Assembly: GCF_018350175.1 (NCBI RefSeq)
Contig: NC_058382.1
Span: forward strand, 55,182,001-55,246,000
Direction of reading: 5' to 3'
From: Felis catus
Lineage: Eukaryota
Length of the DNA: 64,000 nucleotides
Shown here: in pieces, positions 47,911-61,993 of the stretch
How positions within the stretch are numbered: the first letter of the stretch is position 1
Layout of the letters: every line of letters begins with the position of its first letter
Made by a program: the position numbers and the translations under genes
Notes under the pieces: generated by a model
Told to the model about the DNA's origin: nothing
What the model saw: only the letters and a program-made list of their open reading frames with translations
Databases searched by the model: none

Positions 47911-49762
47911 CTTCTTGCTCTAAGAAGCCTAGGGTGGTGGAGATGTTGATCCGGCCTCAGGGGGGCAGATAAGTTTCCTGGGGCTGCAAACCCCGGGCAG
48001 CATGGTAAGGGCTGCTGGGATGCGGTGCTGTAGGAGCTGGGACCGTGCCAGGCCGACAAGGGAAGATGCCACCATGGTAGAGTGATGTCTTCCAGGGAAG
48101 ACGGAGGGCCCTTTGTGGCCCATGGCGGGGGTCATGTCTTGTCTTCCCTCTCCGAAGGAATCGCCCTGGTTCCCAACCGGCTGTCACTGGCTGAGCCTGT
48201 AGGAAGCAGAGTCTAAAACGTGGGTTTGTGTGTGGGAAGCTTACTGGGCTGGGTGTGGGGGTGGACGGACACCTGTGGGTGTGAAGGGGGTAGAAGGAGA
48301 TGGGCTGCCATGGTCACAAGCACGGCCTGTAGAGCCGTCTTCCCTTGAGGTCATCAGAGAGCTGCTCACTCTGACTGACTAGTCATTGGATGCTGGATGG
48401 GACCCTGGTGAGGCACTCTCTTCATCTCATGACAAGTCCCAGACGGGGAGAGCGGTGAAGTTGGGGCTGCTGGGTTCCTCCCCTCCAGCAGCTGGGGAGT
48501 CTCCGTGCTTGTTCTTGCTCAGGGTCAGGCTCTGCAGTGCACAGCCACAGGCCCGGGGATGGGGATGGGAGTGTGGGGAGGGGAGTGGGGTGGCAAAGTC
48601 CCGGCACGGGCACCTTTTACCTGGGGGCTCAGCTGTTGTGCGGTAAGGTGGGACTTCCACAGCCGCTGGATTCAGATGCCCCGTTGCTCAGTGTCTCCTT
48701 ACCCCAGACCCTGTATTTGCTCCATTGGCTCCCAGCCCCCCTGTGTTGGTGCCTGATGTGGGGAGGGTTCTTGGCCCTGTTTCTGCCTCGAGGTTCTGGG
48801 TCCCCAAGGGGACTCTGACCTCTTCCTTGGTCCTGGATGAGCGCTGCAGGGACACCAGCTTGACCAGACCCCCTCCCTATCCCGTCTCATGGTGCCAGCC
48901 CCTACTGCTCTTCTCTGTTCATCCTGCCCTGGCCGGGTTCTTCCTGGACACCCCCGGGGGCTGGGTCAGGATGGGGGTCTCAGGCAGCCTGCTTGATTCT
49001 GTGCCCAGCCAGCCGCTCCTGACATGGGTGCTCTCAGTGTCTCTGGGAAAGCCCTCGGTGCAGGCCCTGGAATAGTGGGGGGTAGGGAAGCATCTTGCAG
49101 GTAAAGGAGTCTGATGTTAGGGGGGCTGTTAGACTAGCGGTAAAACGGCTGGCCATGGGGACACTGAGATGGCCAGAGTCCCGTGTAGTCGCCTCCAGGG
49201 GCAGCTGCTGAGTAGAACATGCTGCTTCCTTCCGGATGTACCGGCAGAGGCCGAGTTGGCAGCGTTGGGGAAACTGGGCCATTTTCTGCCCACATCCTGG
49301 GCAGGCTTCCTTCCTTGGCCGTGCACAGCCCTGTCCAGCCTGACGTCTCCAGAACACAGAGCAGTTTTTGTTGACCACACCAACAGCTCCCCCGGACCAC
49401 TGTCTCTCACTCTGCCAGACGCTCGGCTCTGTGGCCACAGGGGTCTGGATCTCATGCCCTTGACCCACCACCCTAACCCCATATACCTCCCCACCGTTCA
49501 TGCCGTTCCCAGAGGGGAAGTAACATGCGGTGGTTACAGGCAGCTGCCCTGGAGTCCACGTCCTCCACGCCACAGCGCCCAGCCTCTCTGAGCCTGTTTC
49601 TTCAGCTGGAATATGGAGGTGCTAACAGTGTCCGCCTCGTAAGGTGGCAGGGCATCGAATGAGTGTGTGTGTCCCTGTCCCCTGGAGCGGTGCCTAGCAT
49701 TGAGTATGCGCTATGTCGGTTTCAGCCGTCACTGCTGTTATTATTGCTAGCACGGTTATTTC

Positions 49763-50215
49763 TTTTTTACTTTTGAAACGTTTTATTTTTGAGAGACAAA
49801 GCACGCGAGGGGAGGGGCAGAGAGAGAGGGGGACAGAAGACCTCAAGTGGGCTTTGCACTATAAGCACAAAGCCTGATGCGGGGCTTGAACTCAGGAACC
49901 CTGAGATCATGACCTGAGCCGAAATCAAGAGTTGGCCGCTTGACCGACTGAGTCACCAGGTGCCCCAGTATGGTTATTTCTTTTTTAAAAAACAATTTTT
50001 TTTAATGTTTTACTTATTTTTGAGAAAGAGGGAAACAGAGTGTGAGCAGGAAGCAGGAAAGGGGCACAGAGAGAGGGAGACACAGAATCCGAAGCAGGCT
50101 CCCGGCTCTGAGCTGTCAGCATAGAGTCTAAAGTGGGGCTCGAACCTGCGAATTACAGGATCATGAACCGAGCTGAAGTCGGATGTTCAGCCGCCTGAGC
50201 CACTCAGGTGTCCCC
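49763..50215 (-). mobile_element. Two tandem antisense Can-SINEs (49763-49966, 49981-50215) sharing a re-used target site
   Basis: ggttatttc motif at ~49754, ~49972 and ~50221 brackets both elements. Confidence 0.92.
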
Positions 50216-50782
50216 AGTATGGTTATTTCCTTTGCTCGGAATGCAGTCTCCCTTTCTTGGCTCTGAACCTGAACTTGCCACCTGGCCTAGCAAAAAACAC
50301 GCATGAAGATTTCTGTGATGTGGTCCCGATGACTGTACATTTTGGGATTTGATTCAAACCCAAGCTCTGCCGTCACCCAGCTCTGACCTCGAGCAGTGTG
50401 CCCTCCCCCCTCAAACACCACCCCGTGGCCTGTTCTGAACCCTGAGGGTGGGTGATGCTTACTGTGTTGAGGGGTCAAGTGTAGTGAGGGGTTAGGTAAC
50501 GTTATCGCCTGGCACATCGCAGGTGCTTGAATAAGGTCAGCTCCTTCCCCCTCGCCCTCTGGCCTTCATCGATCTCCCCTTCGTTTGAACCCCTGGGACA
50601 TTTCCTATCTGCAAAGCTTTCTGGGCACCTGATACCATGTTCTGCTCACCCTGTGAATCTCTTAAGTGACCTGAGTCCACGGCCATCCCTGAAGTGTGGA
50701 GACCAGCCTTGCACATCGTGGCATCAGCCCCCTTGAGCCCAAGGTCTCTTGTGTCTGGCCCGTCTTCTCACGGGGCTTCTGA

Positions 50783-51004
<222 letters not shown>

Positions 51005-51847
51005 TGAGCCCCGCTGAATGGTGCCCAGGAGAATCCTTCACCTCCTGATTCCTCCGTCTCAGTTGAGACAGAGGGACCCCCTGGAGGTCGTAGGCCCATG
51101 TTTGCAATCCTAGCAGACAACATCCTCCTTGAGGACCACGTTTGCTGAGCTGCTTGACTTGGGATGTTCCCACGGTATAGCCTTCCCTTTCCCTCACCAT
51201 CACACAGCCTGCTTTCCTTCAAGTAACGTTGAACACGTGAGTTTTTTTGTTTTGTTGTGTTTTGTTTTGAAGCTATCACGGAAGGTTCCTTACGTAGGTT
51301 GTCAGGGATGTGGCATTTTGTATGCAAGTCCTCACAACATACTTGGAGTTAGCTCTTCTCTGCCCGTCCCCCCACTTCCCACCCACCCCTGCTCCCCGCC
51401 ATCACTTAGTTTGTTTATGTTCTTGCATAATGGAGCTTTTGGTAGATCTGTGGCAGGTGGTGACTCTAAGAGTGGGGGTGTAGAGTATGGCAGGGGGGCT
51501 TTCTTGAGTGCATAAGAACGGAGGTGATGGGTAGGCACCCTCTGTGGTGCTCTGAGAGGTCCCAACCCTTGTCACGGAGCCCAGTGACTCTCCATTCCGC
51601 TGGTCCCAATTGCAGGACTCACACGGCCTTGTCAGTGGCAGCCCCAGGTACAGGCTTCCTTAGCCAAGAATGTGCATTCATTTCTGTACCAGTGAGCTCT
51701 TGGAAGAGTTAACCCACCTTATGGCTATCAAGCCATCTTTCGACCTGCCTCAAACATTCCAACTATTCTAAGGAGGCAGAAACAGAGGTGGGAGAAGCAT
51801 TCACCATTGATGACCACATCATAGGAATCTATATTTTTAAAAAATGC

Positions 51848-52048
51848 ATTTATTTATTTTGAGAGAGAGAGAGAGAGCACGCGCTCCCTGAAGGGGCACA
51901 GAGAGAGGGAGACAGAGAATCCCAAGTAGGCTCCCTGTTGTCAGCGTGGAGCCCGACAGGAGGCCTGAGGCCATGAACCATGAGATCATGACCTGAGCCC
52001 AAACCAAGAGTCAGACGCTCAGCCGACTGAGCCACCCAGGCAGCCCCC
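51848..52048 (-). mobile_element. Can-SINE
   Basis: SINEC motifs. Confidence 0.9.
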
Positions 52049-52607
52049 TGGAACCTGGCTCTTTATCAAGCCTTTACTGAGCAGGCGATACGTAGACCTT
52101 ACTGATTTGGTTTCAGGGAAGTCCTAGGGAGGGTAGTGGTAGTTTTCCCGTTTTACAGGTGAAGAAACTGAGGGTCTGAAAGGTTCAAGTAAATGACCCA
52201 AAGCCATTAAGCAGTTCAGGGGACAAGCCTTGACTGGAGTTGAACTCTTAAGTCCAAAGGCCTGGTTAGTTTTCCCTGGCTTTTAGAATGACCTATATGT
52301 ACGGACCCTGCTCTAGGTCTAGATTTGGAAATGTCTCCTGCCCCCAGAAAGTATTACTGCCCTTGGGATTCTGGCCGAGACTCTTTTATTTTGGGGTTCA
52401 AGGCCAGGGCCTTACCTGGTGGGACTCCTGGTGGTTATGTTCTCTAGGCAGATAAATTCGGAAACCTGGGAACAGTTTGACTTCAGAAGACTGTGAGTTT
52501 GCTTTCAGCCAGTGCTGTCGAAGGGCGGTCCTGCCTGTTAATAGTGGAGCGGTGTTCTTGTAGGGAACCTCAGAGACCGAGTGGTTACTTTTTCTTTTAA
52601 TTTACAG

Positions 52608-52691
52608 GAAATCGGCGCTCACAAAGATGAACTCAGCTTTGAGCAGTTCCACGTTTTCTATAAAAATCTTATGTTTGAGCAGCAAAAGTCG
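52608..52691 (+). CDS. PLCG2: PLCG2 coding exon (exon 7 equivalent): [28 protein letters not shown]
   Basis: Acceptor ttttaatttacAG (52606-52607) and donor GTAAGA (52692); 84 bp, phase 0-0; matches the PLCG2 EF-hand region. Confidence 0.97.
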
Positions 52692-53189
52692 GTAAGACGA
52701 TTCTTGGGCAAATGATCAATGATGTTTTCGTTTTCCCTGTGTGTCAAAGTCCAGCACGCTCCTAAGAAACCCACGAGAAGTGTTGAGTGTCCCTTCTAGT
52801 CAAGGAAGTAGACCGTGGGAGTGGCTGCGACGCACTGTTTGTGTCCGTTAGGTTGGCGTGAGAGAGCTGTGGGGAAATCGGAGCGGGGGGAAATGGCTCT
52901 TTCATACCTTCCTGGTGGGAGTGTGACAAGTCTCGTTGGAATTTAATCTGAGCCTATTAAGTTCAGCTAACTCCACTGCACGATCTCATTCTGCAAAGGA
53001 AATTTATCAAATTATGAAGGGTGACCATCCCTGGGTAGAGGGATTATGTGTGTGTTCCTTCTTTTTATGCTTTTATTCATTTTTTAATGAGAATAATTTT
53101 TTATTCGGATAATATGCCATTTTAAGATAAGATGTGCATACATTTTAACCTGACGGTGGCATTTTGGGGACTCTGTTTTAGACAAATAA

Positions 53190-53845
53190 GGGCACGGGGA
53201 CCTAGGAATTGAGTGGTAGGGTGTTTATTGCAGCATTATTTATGCCAGCAAAACAGCTGGGAGCCTTCTGCATGCTTCTCAGGAGAGAAATGGCTGAGTA
53301 AACTGTGGTCCATCCATAGCAGACAGCATCATGCAGCTGATTATGAAGCCTGAATCTGTGTGTGTGTTGATCTGGAGGGATGTTCATGGTGTTTTGTGAG
53401 CAAAACCAGCAGCAGATTCACGTGAGGAGCCAGGTCTGATAAAAAACAAAAACAAAACCTGCATAGAGTAATCCCTCTCCATATGTCTATGTGTGTTTTT
53501 ATGTTTAATGTTGATTTCGTGTATGCACTGAAGGGGTTTAGGAGGATGGGCAGGAGAGATCACTGAATTTTTCTTTGCACGCCTCTGTTCTCTCTGACTC
53601 ATTCCAAGGAGTACATTACTTTTGCAATAAAAAGCGAGTCCCATAGGGGCGTCTGGGGGGTTCAGTTTGTTAAGCATCCAGCTCTTGGTTTCTTCTCAGG
53701 TCATGATCTCGAGGTTCGTGGGATCGAGCCCCGCATCAGGCTCTGTGCTGGCAGGGTAGAACTTGCTTGAGATTGTCTCTCTCTGCCCCTCCCCTGCTCT
53801 CTCTCTCTTTCTCTCTCAAACATACATTTTAAAAAATCCCATAAA
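53190..53845 (+). mobile_element. Old L1 3' remnant with a sense Can-SINE (53646-53836)
   Basis: gtgtttattgcagcattattt...atggctgagtaaactgtggtccatccata; SINE TSD-like tcccata. Confidence 0.75.
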
Positions 53846-54555
53846 GCGTAGAGCTTAAAAAGAAGGATTGTTCAGTACAGTGCATGGAGCACAGTGCCTG
53901 GCAGGCAGCACTCATCCCGCAAACAGGAGGTTGTTGGAAAAGGGCTTTGCAGGTAGCAAGGGTGGGTCCAAAGCAGGGAGAACATAGGACTTGGAGCCAG
54001 AGGATCTGGTTTCTCCTATGAGCTGTGTGATCTGGGGCTGGTCACGCATGATTCTAGCCTCAGTCTCTTATCTGTGTAATGGGGGCGGGGATTCCCACAG
54101 GGCTCTAGGGAGCATTGAATGAGGGCTGGGGGTGGGGCAGTCAAGAGTGCAGGCATTTTGAAGTGATGAGCTTGAAAATCATGAGAAGACACTTATTAAT
54201 TGCCTTCTGCATGCAGGCCTGCAGGTGGGCACAGGGTGAGGCTTTCTGATGGGTGACTGCTGGCCATCTGCCTACATTGGGAAAAAATACATTATTTAAT
54301 AGAGTAAAAAAAAAATCTACTTCCCTGGGGTTGTTTTCATATATTACTTCTTGATTTGCCAAGGAGAGTAGGAAGACTATAAGCTTTGGGGATTGAAAGA
54401 CCCGGATGTCAGCCCCTAAATTGGCCTTGGCTGACCAGGTGATTTTGAGGAAAGACAACTTTTTGTCTTTCACTCAGCCACCTTTATAAAATAAAGGTAT
54501 TCAATCAAGCCGTTGCTTATAAAACTTTAAAAATTATGTAACTTTCCTCCTCCTA

Positions 54556-55040
54556 TTTTTTTAAGTTTTTTTATATTGTTATTCTTATTTGAGAGAGCGA
54601 TAGAGAGCAAGCAGGGGAGGGACAGGAGAGCGAGGGAGACAGCATCCCAAGTAGGCCTCACACTGCTAGCACAGAGCCCGATGTGGGGCTCGAACTCACA
54701 ACCTGCGAGATCATAACCTGAGCTGAAGTCAAGAGTCAGATGCTCAATGGCCTGAGTCCCCCCAGGCACTCTGTTCCCCTTTTTTATATGAAACCTTAAA
54801 AAAAAAAAAAAAAGCTGGGGCACCTGGGTGGCTTAGTGGGTTAAGCGTCTGACTTCGGCTCGGGTCATGATCTCACGGTTTGTGAGTTGAGCCCTGCGTC
54901 GGGCTCTGTGCTGACAGCTCAGAGCCTGGAGTCTGCTTCAGATTCTGTGTCTCCCTCTCTCTCTGCCCCTCCCCAACTTGTGCTCGCTTGCTCGCTCTCT
55001 CTCTCTCTCTCTCACAAAAATAAATAAACATTACAAAAAA
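54556..55040. mobile_element. Head-to-head Can-SINE pair: 54556-54771 (-) and 54817-55040 (+)
   Basis: The two heads are ~45 bp apart in opposite orientation. Confidence 0.93.
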
Positions 55041-57064
55041 TTTTTAAAAAACTGCATACAAGCTAATCAAAACACTTCTTAGGCCAAAATCTGTAACTTT
55101 GATTTATAATCAGTTCTTGAGAACAGTGAAAACCTTTGATGACAATGCACAAGTGAAATCCAGAATGACAGTTGCAGACAGCAATTGTCTGCCGTTGACC
55201 AGGATTGAAAAGAAGCTTGATTCACTCCAGATAAGTAGGTGCAAACAATTGTTTTTATAGTCAGTTGCCTTGAAATTTCAGGATGCTGTCTCATCAGACA
55301 GACGACAGGCAAAGCTTGAGAACAAGGTTTGCACAAAAGCTGTTCAATCTGCCCGCACAGGTGAGCCTGCTGGTGGTCTGTTTCCACTGTGATAAAATTC
55401 CACCTGAGACTTAATTCAACCTGCACTGTCGTTAATGTCCCTTTTTAAGGCTAATGTGTGTGTGTTTGAGAGGGAGAAGGAGGAGAAAGAAAGTTGAGTC
55501 TGATTTCTGCCGAATCCCTGAATCCTCTGGGGGTGTCTTTGAGTGCCCGGTTTTGGGTGGGGAAACGCCCCATCTGTACCAGAGGCTGGCTTCTGTTGGC
55601 CAGAACGCCACCTTCCGCCTGCATTCTGTTGTACTTGGCCTAATGGTTTAAGTGTTTCTTGAAATGAATTGTCTACCTTTAAAACTCAAGAAGTTTCATA
55701 TTAATATCTAGATTTTTCTGCTGCTTTTATAAAAAATGGACATCTGGCTATCTCTGGGTCCTTCCTGAGTTCCCCACGGGGATGTATGAGTAGAAAGGAA
55801 GCGTGCATTCTCTGGTTTGCCCCAGCTCTCACCCACCACCCATTTCTCTCTGCTAATTTACCTTGCCTACCAGACCCCACCCCTTGATCTCCACCACTGG
55901 AGGGTGTAACTGGCTTGGAATTTGAATAACAAAACCCCAAGCTTGATAGATAGATAGTGGCCAGCTTGAGAAACCTCACTAACTTCTGTGTAGGTAAATG
56001 CCCCTCCCCAACTGTTAGCATATAATTTACTTCCGGGGCTCCTTGCTGGCTGCACAGAGGAGAGAAAAGCAATAGATATATGCTCTTACAGGCTCAGCTG
56101 GATTTCCTAGGCTCTTCTGGGGAGAGAGGGCTGTTTAGGGTGATGGACAACCCCCAAGCCTAGACCCAGGAGTGGGTTCGTGCTCAGCAGTACCTGTAGG
56201 TTTCCAGCTTGGGGTAACCAGTTCCTCCTTGTGTCTAACCACCTGCTTACATCGCTGCTGTCAAGCCTCAAAGCTTCTAAAATTTGGGTAGCGCAGGAAG
56301 AGAAGAAAGTTAATCCCATGTGTTTCCCCGGGTGATGGGCCTCTAACTAGGCTGTACTAACAGTATTATAAAAAAAGATCCTTTGCGAACCTTTCCTAAG
56401 TGTGAACTACACGCTGGCTGCTGTGCTAAGTGCTGTACGTGCTCTTCATCCTCTTCCCGACTGTGCGAGACCTACCATTATTAGCCCCATTTTACAGATG
56501 AAGAAACTGAAGCTCAGGGAAGCTGCTTGCTGGAGGTTATACGGCTAGGATTTGAACGCTCCTCTGCCCGACTTCAGTGCCCAGCCACTGACACGACTTT
56601 TTTAATTTTTAAAATGTTCTCACGAAAGGGAATGTCAAACACGTATAAGCAGAGGCAGTGGTACGCGAACCCTCCGTGGACCATCACAGCTTTAGCGATG
56701 ATCAGCTCGTGGCCATCGGGTTTCATCTTGCCCTTGCCCGCTTCCCTCTGCTCAGATGATGTTGAAGCAAACCCCGCGTCGTGTTGTTTCTTCCTTAAAT
56801 GCTTTAATACCCAGCTTTGTAACTGCTGCCTTGCTGCCTCCCCACCACACAAGCCAAGTCCCCCTTGGTCAGTGATGGCGGGGCATCAGGCATCGTCAGC
56901 GAGGACGGCTGGCTGGCTTCCTTTCTGCTGTTGGTCCGGGACTTGAGTTTCACCTCGGTGGGGTGTGGCGTTCAGGTTGCTGTTTATCTGTCTGTTTTTA
57001 CGCCCTGCCCTTTCAGACGATCCATCCTCGGGACCCTCCAGTAGATTCCTTCGGAAATGTGCTA

Positions 57065-57512
57065 CGGTTCCTCGTTAGCCAGATAGCAATATCACGTATG
57101 ATGCAGTTCCTGGGGCTCAGGCATTCTGGCACGCGTTGGCTGGATTCTCTGCTCTGGGGTCTCACAGGATTTTAGCCAGGGGCTGTGGTCTCATCTGAGA
57201 CTCAAGTGGGAAAAGATCTGCTTCCAAGCCCATGAAGTTGTGGAACCTTTAGCTCCTTACAGGTGTAGGATTGAGGGTTCAGTTCCTTGTTGTCCAGAAG
57301 CCACCCACAGCTCCCTGATGGATGGGGCTCGCCTACATGGCTGCTGGCTTCCCCAAAGCTGGCAAGACAGTTGCTGAGTCGTATATGGCATCATCATGTA
57401 GTCATAGACGTGTCATCGCGTGCATCCCATGCCTTTTGCAAGTGGCAGGGATAATGCAGGGCTGTGAACACCGGGAGGAGGACATCCTAAGGCCATCTTC
57501 AAAGCCTGTCCA
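57065..57512. mobile_element. MaLR (MLT1-type) LTR remnant
   Basis: gctggattctctgctctggggtctcacagg...ggggctgtggtctcatctgagactcaa...tctgcttccaagc. Confidence 0.7.
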
Positions 57513-59261
57513 CCAAGGGTTCCCATAAACCCAAGATTTGAAGTTGCTCTCCAGTGGCTCACAAGTAGTAATCACAGAAACTGTGTCCCGTGCCAGTCAG
57601 AGAACAAGTACCCTCCCACCTGTGCAGGGTACCAGAAAACAAGCACTCACTGCCTCCTCCTGCCCATTACCATCCCCATGGGGTCTGAATGCAGGCATCC
57701 TCTCTTGCTTGTTTGCCTGTTCTAGAAAACAGCTGTAACTTTTTTTAAGGTGGCAGTAATCTTCCCTTAGGGGAAGATTCCCTACTAACACTTCCCTGAG
57801 TGTTGCTTGTAGCTGAGAGCAGCCTTAAGTGTCCACACCCTCAGTCTTGTCTGTTGTTTGGGGGTGACAGCACCCATCCTCCAGGCTCGGTGAGAGGGTT
57901 AAAAGGGCTCAGAGATAGCGGTCACCCCACAGAGTGTCCTGCACACAGCTGGCCCTCAGAACAGCCTTTCATGAGGCAGAATTCCCCATGGGGGAAGGAA
58001 GCGCTGACCTTTGATGCTCCTGCTCTCTGTCCTGCTTCAGAAAGACCATCTCGGTCAGAATCGGTGGCTTTCCCAGAGTGTCCTCTGACCACTCACCGTA
58101 TTGAAGCAGATGACCGGGCAGCACTTGATAGGAAATTCATTTCTGATGTTTGCATAAATGGTATTATAAGCAAAGTAATGTTTTGTCTATTACTTAAAAG
58201 TAAGAAGCACGTACAAAGAAAAAGATAATTGAAACGCCTGCAAAACTTCTACGATTATACCTGGGATTATACTTTTGGTAGAAAGATTAATGTTTATTCT
58301 TCTGAGTTTTACATGGGTGTGAGCCTATGACAAGTGAGTCACATTCTGTGACGGTATGCTGGCTGAGGCTTCCAGGGACAGGGAATGTGGCACATTATTC
58401 GAATTGGCAGCGAGGAGGGAGAGGGACCCACCGTGCACACGTCGGCAGTGACCCTCTGGTTAGCCTTCTCTGTCACTGCCACTTTCCCCTTGGCCTCCTG
58501 GAACCAAATGGCTCAAATGACTGGCCGAGCACAGAATGTGTATGTAGGCTGAGTTACAGCCTGGAGGGTGCCCCTGCCATATGGGGAGACTCAACTCCTT
58601 GACCTCGATCCCTCTGGGCTCTTGCTTCTGTGGTCCCCATCCTTGGGCACGGCCCCTTCCCTTGTCTAGCTGTAACTGCCTCTTCTCCTGGGACTCAAAA
58701 GTCAGAGGTGACTTTTTTCGTAGCCTTTAAATTTTTCCTAGAGAAAATTAATTGACCCATTATTTTCAGCATTCATTCAACAAATGTTTGAGCCAAGAGG
58801 GCCCAGTGGTTAACAAAACAGACATCTCTCTTGACCTCATTGATCCTTTGCTGGGGTGAGAGGGGTCAGGACATCACCCAGAGTCACACGGGGCCCCCGA
58901 CATCCTGGTTTAGTAGAATGTGACCACATAACCCTACACGGTAATGGTAACATAACCTAATTGCTGTCTCTCCACTCTGTGTGCCTTGTAGCAGCTAGAA
59001 TATTCTTCTCTCATTGCTAGGATGTCATTATTCACTTTGTGTGCATTTGCACGTACTGTGAAGGCCACTGGAGATGAACCAAGGTGGACGGGGGCTGAAA
59101 TTCGGGCCCCTTGACATTCTGGGTGTCATCTGAAAACAGCTGCTCATCCTCCCGGAGCCTGTTTTTTGTTGCCAAAGTGGGCTTCGCTTTACCATCTTCT
59201 GGGTGGGATGGGTGCCGGGGGTAACTGAGGTCGTGGCTGCCTCGTGTCAGCTCCTGACAAG

Positions 59262-59690
59262 CCATTAGTTTGTCAGGGCTGCCGCAGCAGACCCCAGCTA
59301 AGTGGCCAAAGAGAACAGACCTCTGTTCTCTCCCAGTAAGGCTGCTGACACCACTCAGCTCCCACTGAAGTCTCAGGGGGAGAATCTCCTTGCCTCTCTC
59401 CCCACTTCTGGTGTTAGCTGGCCGTCCTGGGCGCTCCTGGCCTTGGAGACGCATCGCTCCAGTCTCTGCCTCCGTCATCGCGTGGCTGCCTTGCCCTGGT
59501 CTGTACCGGCCTCCAGGTGTCCCTCTTTATAAGGACTCCAGTCATTGGACTAGGGCCCACCGTAATCCAGCAGGACCTCGCCTTAACTCGATCACATCTG
59601 CAAAGACCCTATTTCCAAATAAGGTCCCATTCACAGGTGTGGGGGGCTTAGGGCTTGCACAGATCTCTCAGGGGACGCTTGTAACACATG
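59262..59690 (-). mobile_element. MaLR MLT1 LTR (MLT1C/A-like)
   Basis: tataaggactccagtcattggactagggcccacc...cacatctgcaaagaccctatttccaaataaggtcccattcacagg. Confidence 0.8.
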
Positions 59691-61993
59691 CTATACCGTC
59701 TTCCATCGATAGAATGCCCTCCTTGACGCATGTCCTCTGCTGCCTCATTTCTCTGCCCCGTAGAGTGACCTCTTGCAGGAGCACCCTCGACCTTGCTGTC
59801 CCCCTTGCCTCCCTCCCTGCCCCAGCCACGTTCCATGCTTCTCACCCCACGGCAGTCGATGTTTTCCTAAGACCAGTGACCTCCACATCAACAGAGCCAC
59901 TGGTCGGTCCTGTGGCCTTCATCTCTTGCCCGCTCCATGGCGTAGATCACTGGTGACTCTCTCCTGGATATCGTCACTTGGCTTTGAGACACTGTGCTGT
60001 CTTCATTCTCCTCTTACCTCACTGTCTCTGCACTCACACGTTCTTGGCTGGGTCTTTGATTTCTTCATGTCCAAAGGTTGGTGTGCCCCAGGCAGGGCCA
60101 GTGTCTCACCGGACTTGCCCGTCTCACTGCCAGCTTGCTTTGCATCTCCTGCTGGAATGTTCGGGAGAGGCCTGGTGACACTCCTCCCCTCCCCCCAGTC
60201 TTCACTGCAGCGAATGCGTGACTGGCCACGCTGCTGGATGCCCCCGCCCAGGAATCTTTGCGCCTTCTGTCTTCGGTTCCCCGTCACCCCTACCCCCAGG
60301 CCTACGCTGTTGCCTTGCGTCTGTGAATTGTTTCTGCTACCCAAGAGGTGAGCCTCAGGCTGGTGCTATTTGCCTTTTTGCCTCCGGTCTACCCCCTGTC
60401 CCGCTCTGTGCCCTGTGGGGGGCTCATTCCCACACACTCATTCCCAGGTGCTCTGCCACCAGGTTCAGCAAATGGGCGGAGACGGATGGGGGTACAGGCG
60501 TGCAAGAGGGGAAGCTGGGGTGTTTCCCCGTGTTTTCTGGCTCTGGAGGCCTCTCTGAAGTCGGGGCACCCCCTCCTTTGGCCCCACTGCCCGCCTGGCT
60601 GAAATGGGGTGGAGCTTTTTGTGTGTTTCCTTGAAAAGAAGTAAAGGAAAAGACTGGCTTTAAGGATCTCATAGCATAGATAATTGAGGATAAGTCTAGA
60701 CCCGGCTTTCTCCAGGTGGAAGGAAACCAGTCTCGGGATTTGGGTTTAGAAGGGATCTGGCCTGAAGCGCCGTGTCGATCTACTGATCTAAGTGCCAAAC
60801 ATCCAAATAACAGCACGCACTGCCCCAAATCCCTTTTTTTTTTTTTAATTTAAGAAATAGCTATGCTGTCAGTTACACGTAAATAGAAGGGAGACTTGTG
60901 AGCTCTTCTGAAAGCGGCTCTTAACCTTTTTGGGTGACCCATTTCTTGGAGATGCTGATTAAAGCTGTAGATCATCTTTCCAGAAATAAAAACACATACG
61001 TGCACAGACTAACGCAGACCTCCTGATGCTTCCCAGGGGCCTGTCCATACCTTCTCAAGAACATTGATTTTCCTTGTAGCATCCTGGACTCCAGGCAGTT
61101 TGGCTAAAGGACTGGGGAGTCTAGACTGGGAGTTGTAGTTCTATCTTTAGCGTTTGTAACGTGCCAGTGGCTACGTGTCCGTTTGTGCCCTGAATTTCTC
61201 AAATGCTTATCCAGTCATAGCCTGATTAAAAATTATTAAGGTAATGCTACCTAACCGGAAGCAGACACGGTATGGGGGGGGGGGGTGTGGCCATGAAGGG
61301 CAGGATCGAAGCTGCCCAATATTTCTTTCCTTCTCTCGAATCTGAAGATGAAAAATTAGCTCGCTGCAATATTACCGATGGGAAATGCAGCAGTGAGGGT
61401 GTAGAAAAGGTTATGCATTCTCTGGTGGGGGCGCTGGTCGGGACAGTTGTTGGGAGAAGAGTTTGGTGAATCTGTCAAAGTTAACAGGCACACACCGGAC
61501 CCAGGTGCTTCCCTGTCTACCCAATGGAAATATTTTGTGCGGCCGGGCAAAAATACACAGATATGCGGACACTCTTTGTAACGCTGGGTCTAATAGCAGA
61601 ACATCAGTGATGTACGTATTATGGAATACTTTGTGGGTTTTCATAGTAATGACGCAGGATGATTGAGGAGCAGAATAATAAATAAAGCCTAAAACACAGC
61701 TAAAAGCTTGGAGACATGGATGTAATATGATAGGATAAGGTATAATTAAAATGAATATCCACTAAACAGATTCTAGAAGGCAACCTACCAAATTACTAAG
61801 ATTGATTGCTTCTCAGGAATTAGACTAAGAAGGGGGCGAAGAAGACTTCTACTAAGTTTCTGTCATATTCAAATATTACAAGTCATGCCAGTTATAATTG
61901 TTTAATTAAAAAACCCTGTCCATTTGCATGAAGTGGCTTGACTTGTCTCATGTTCTTATTTTTTGTGTGTTTCCCTTCTATTTTCTCTTTCAG

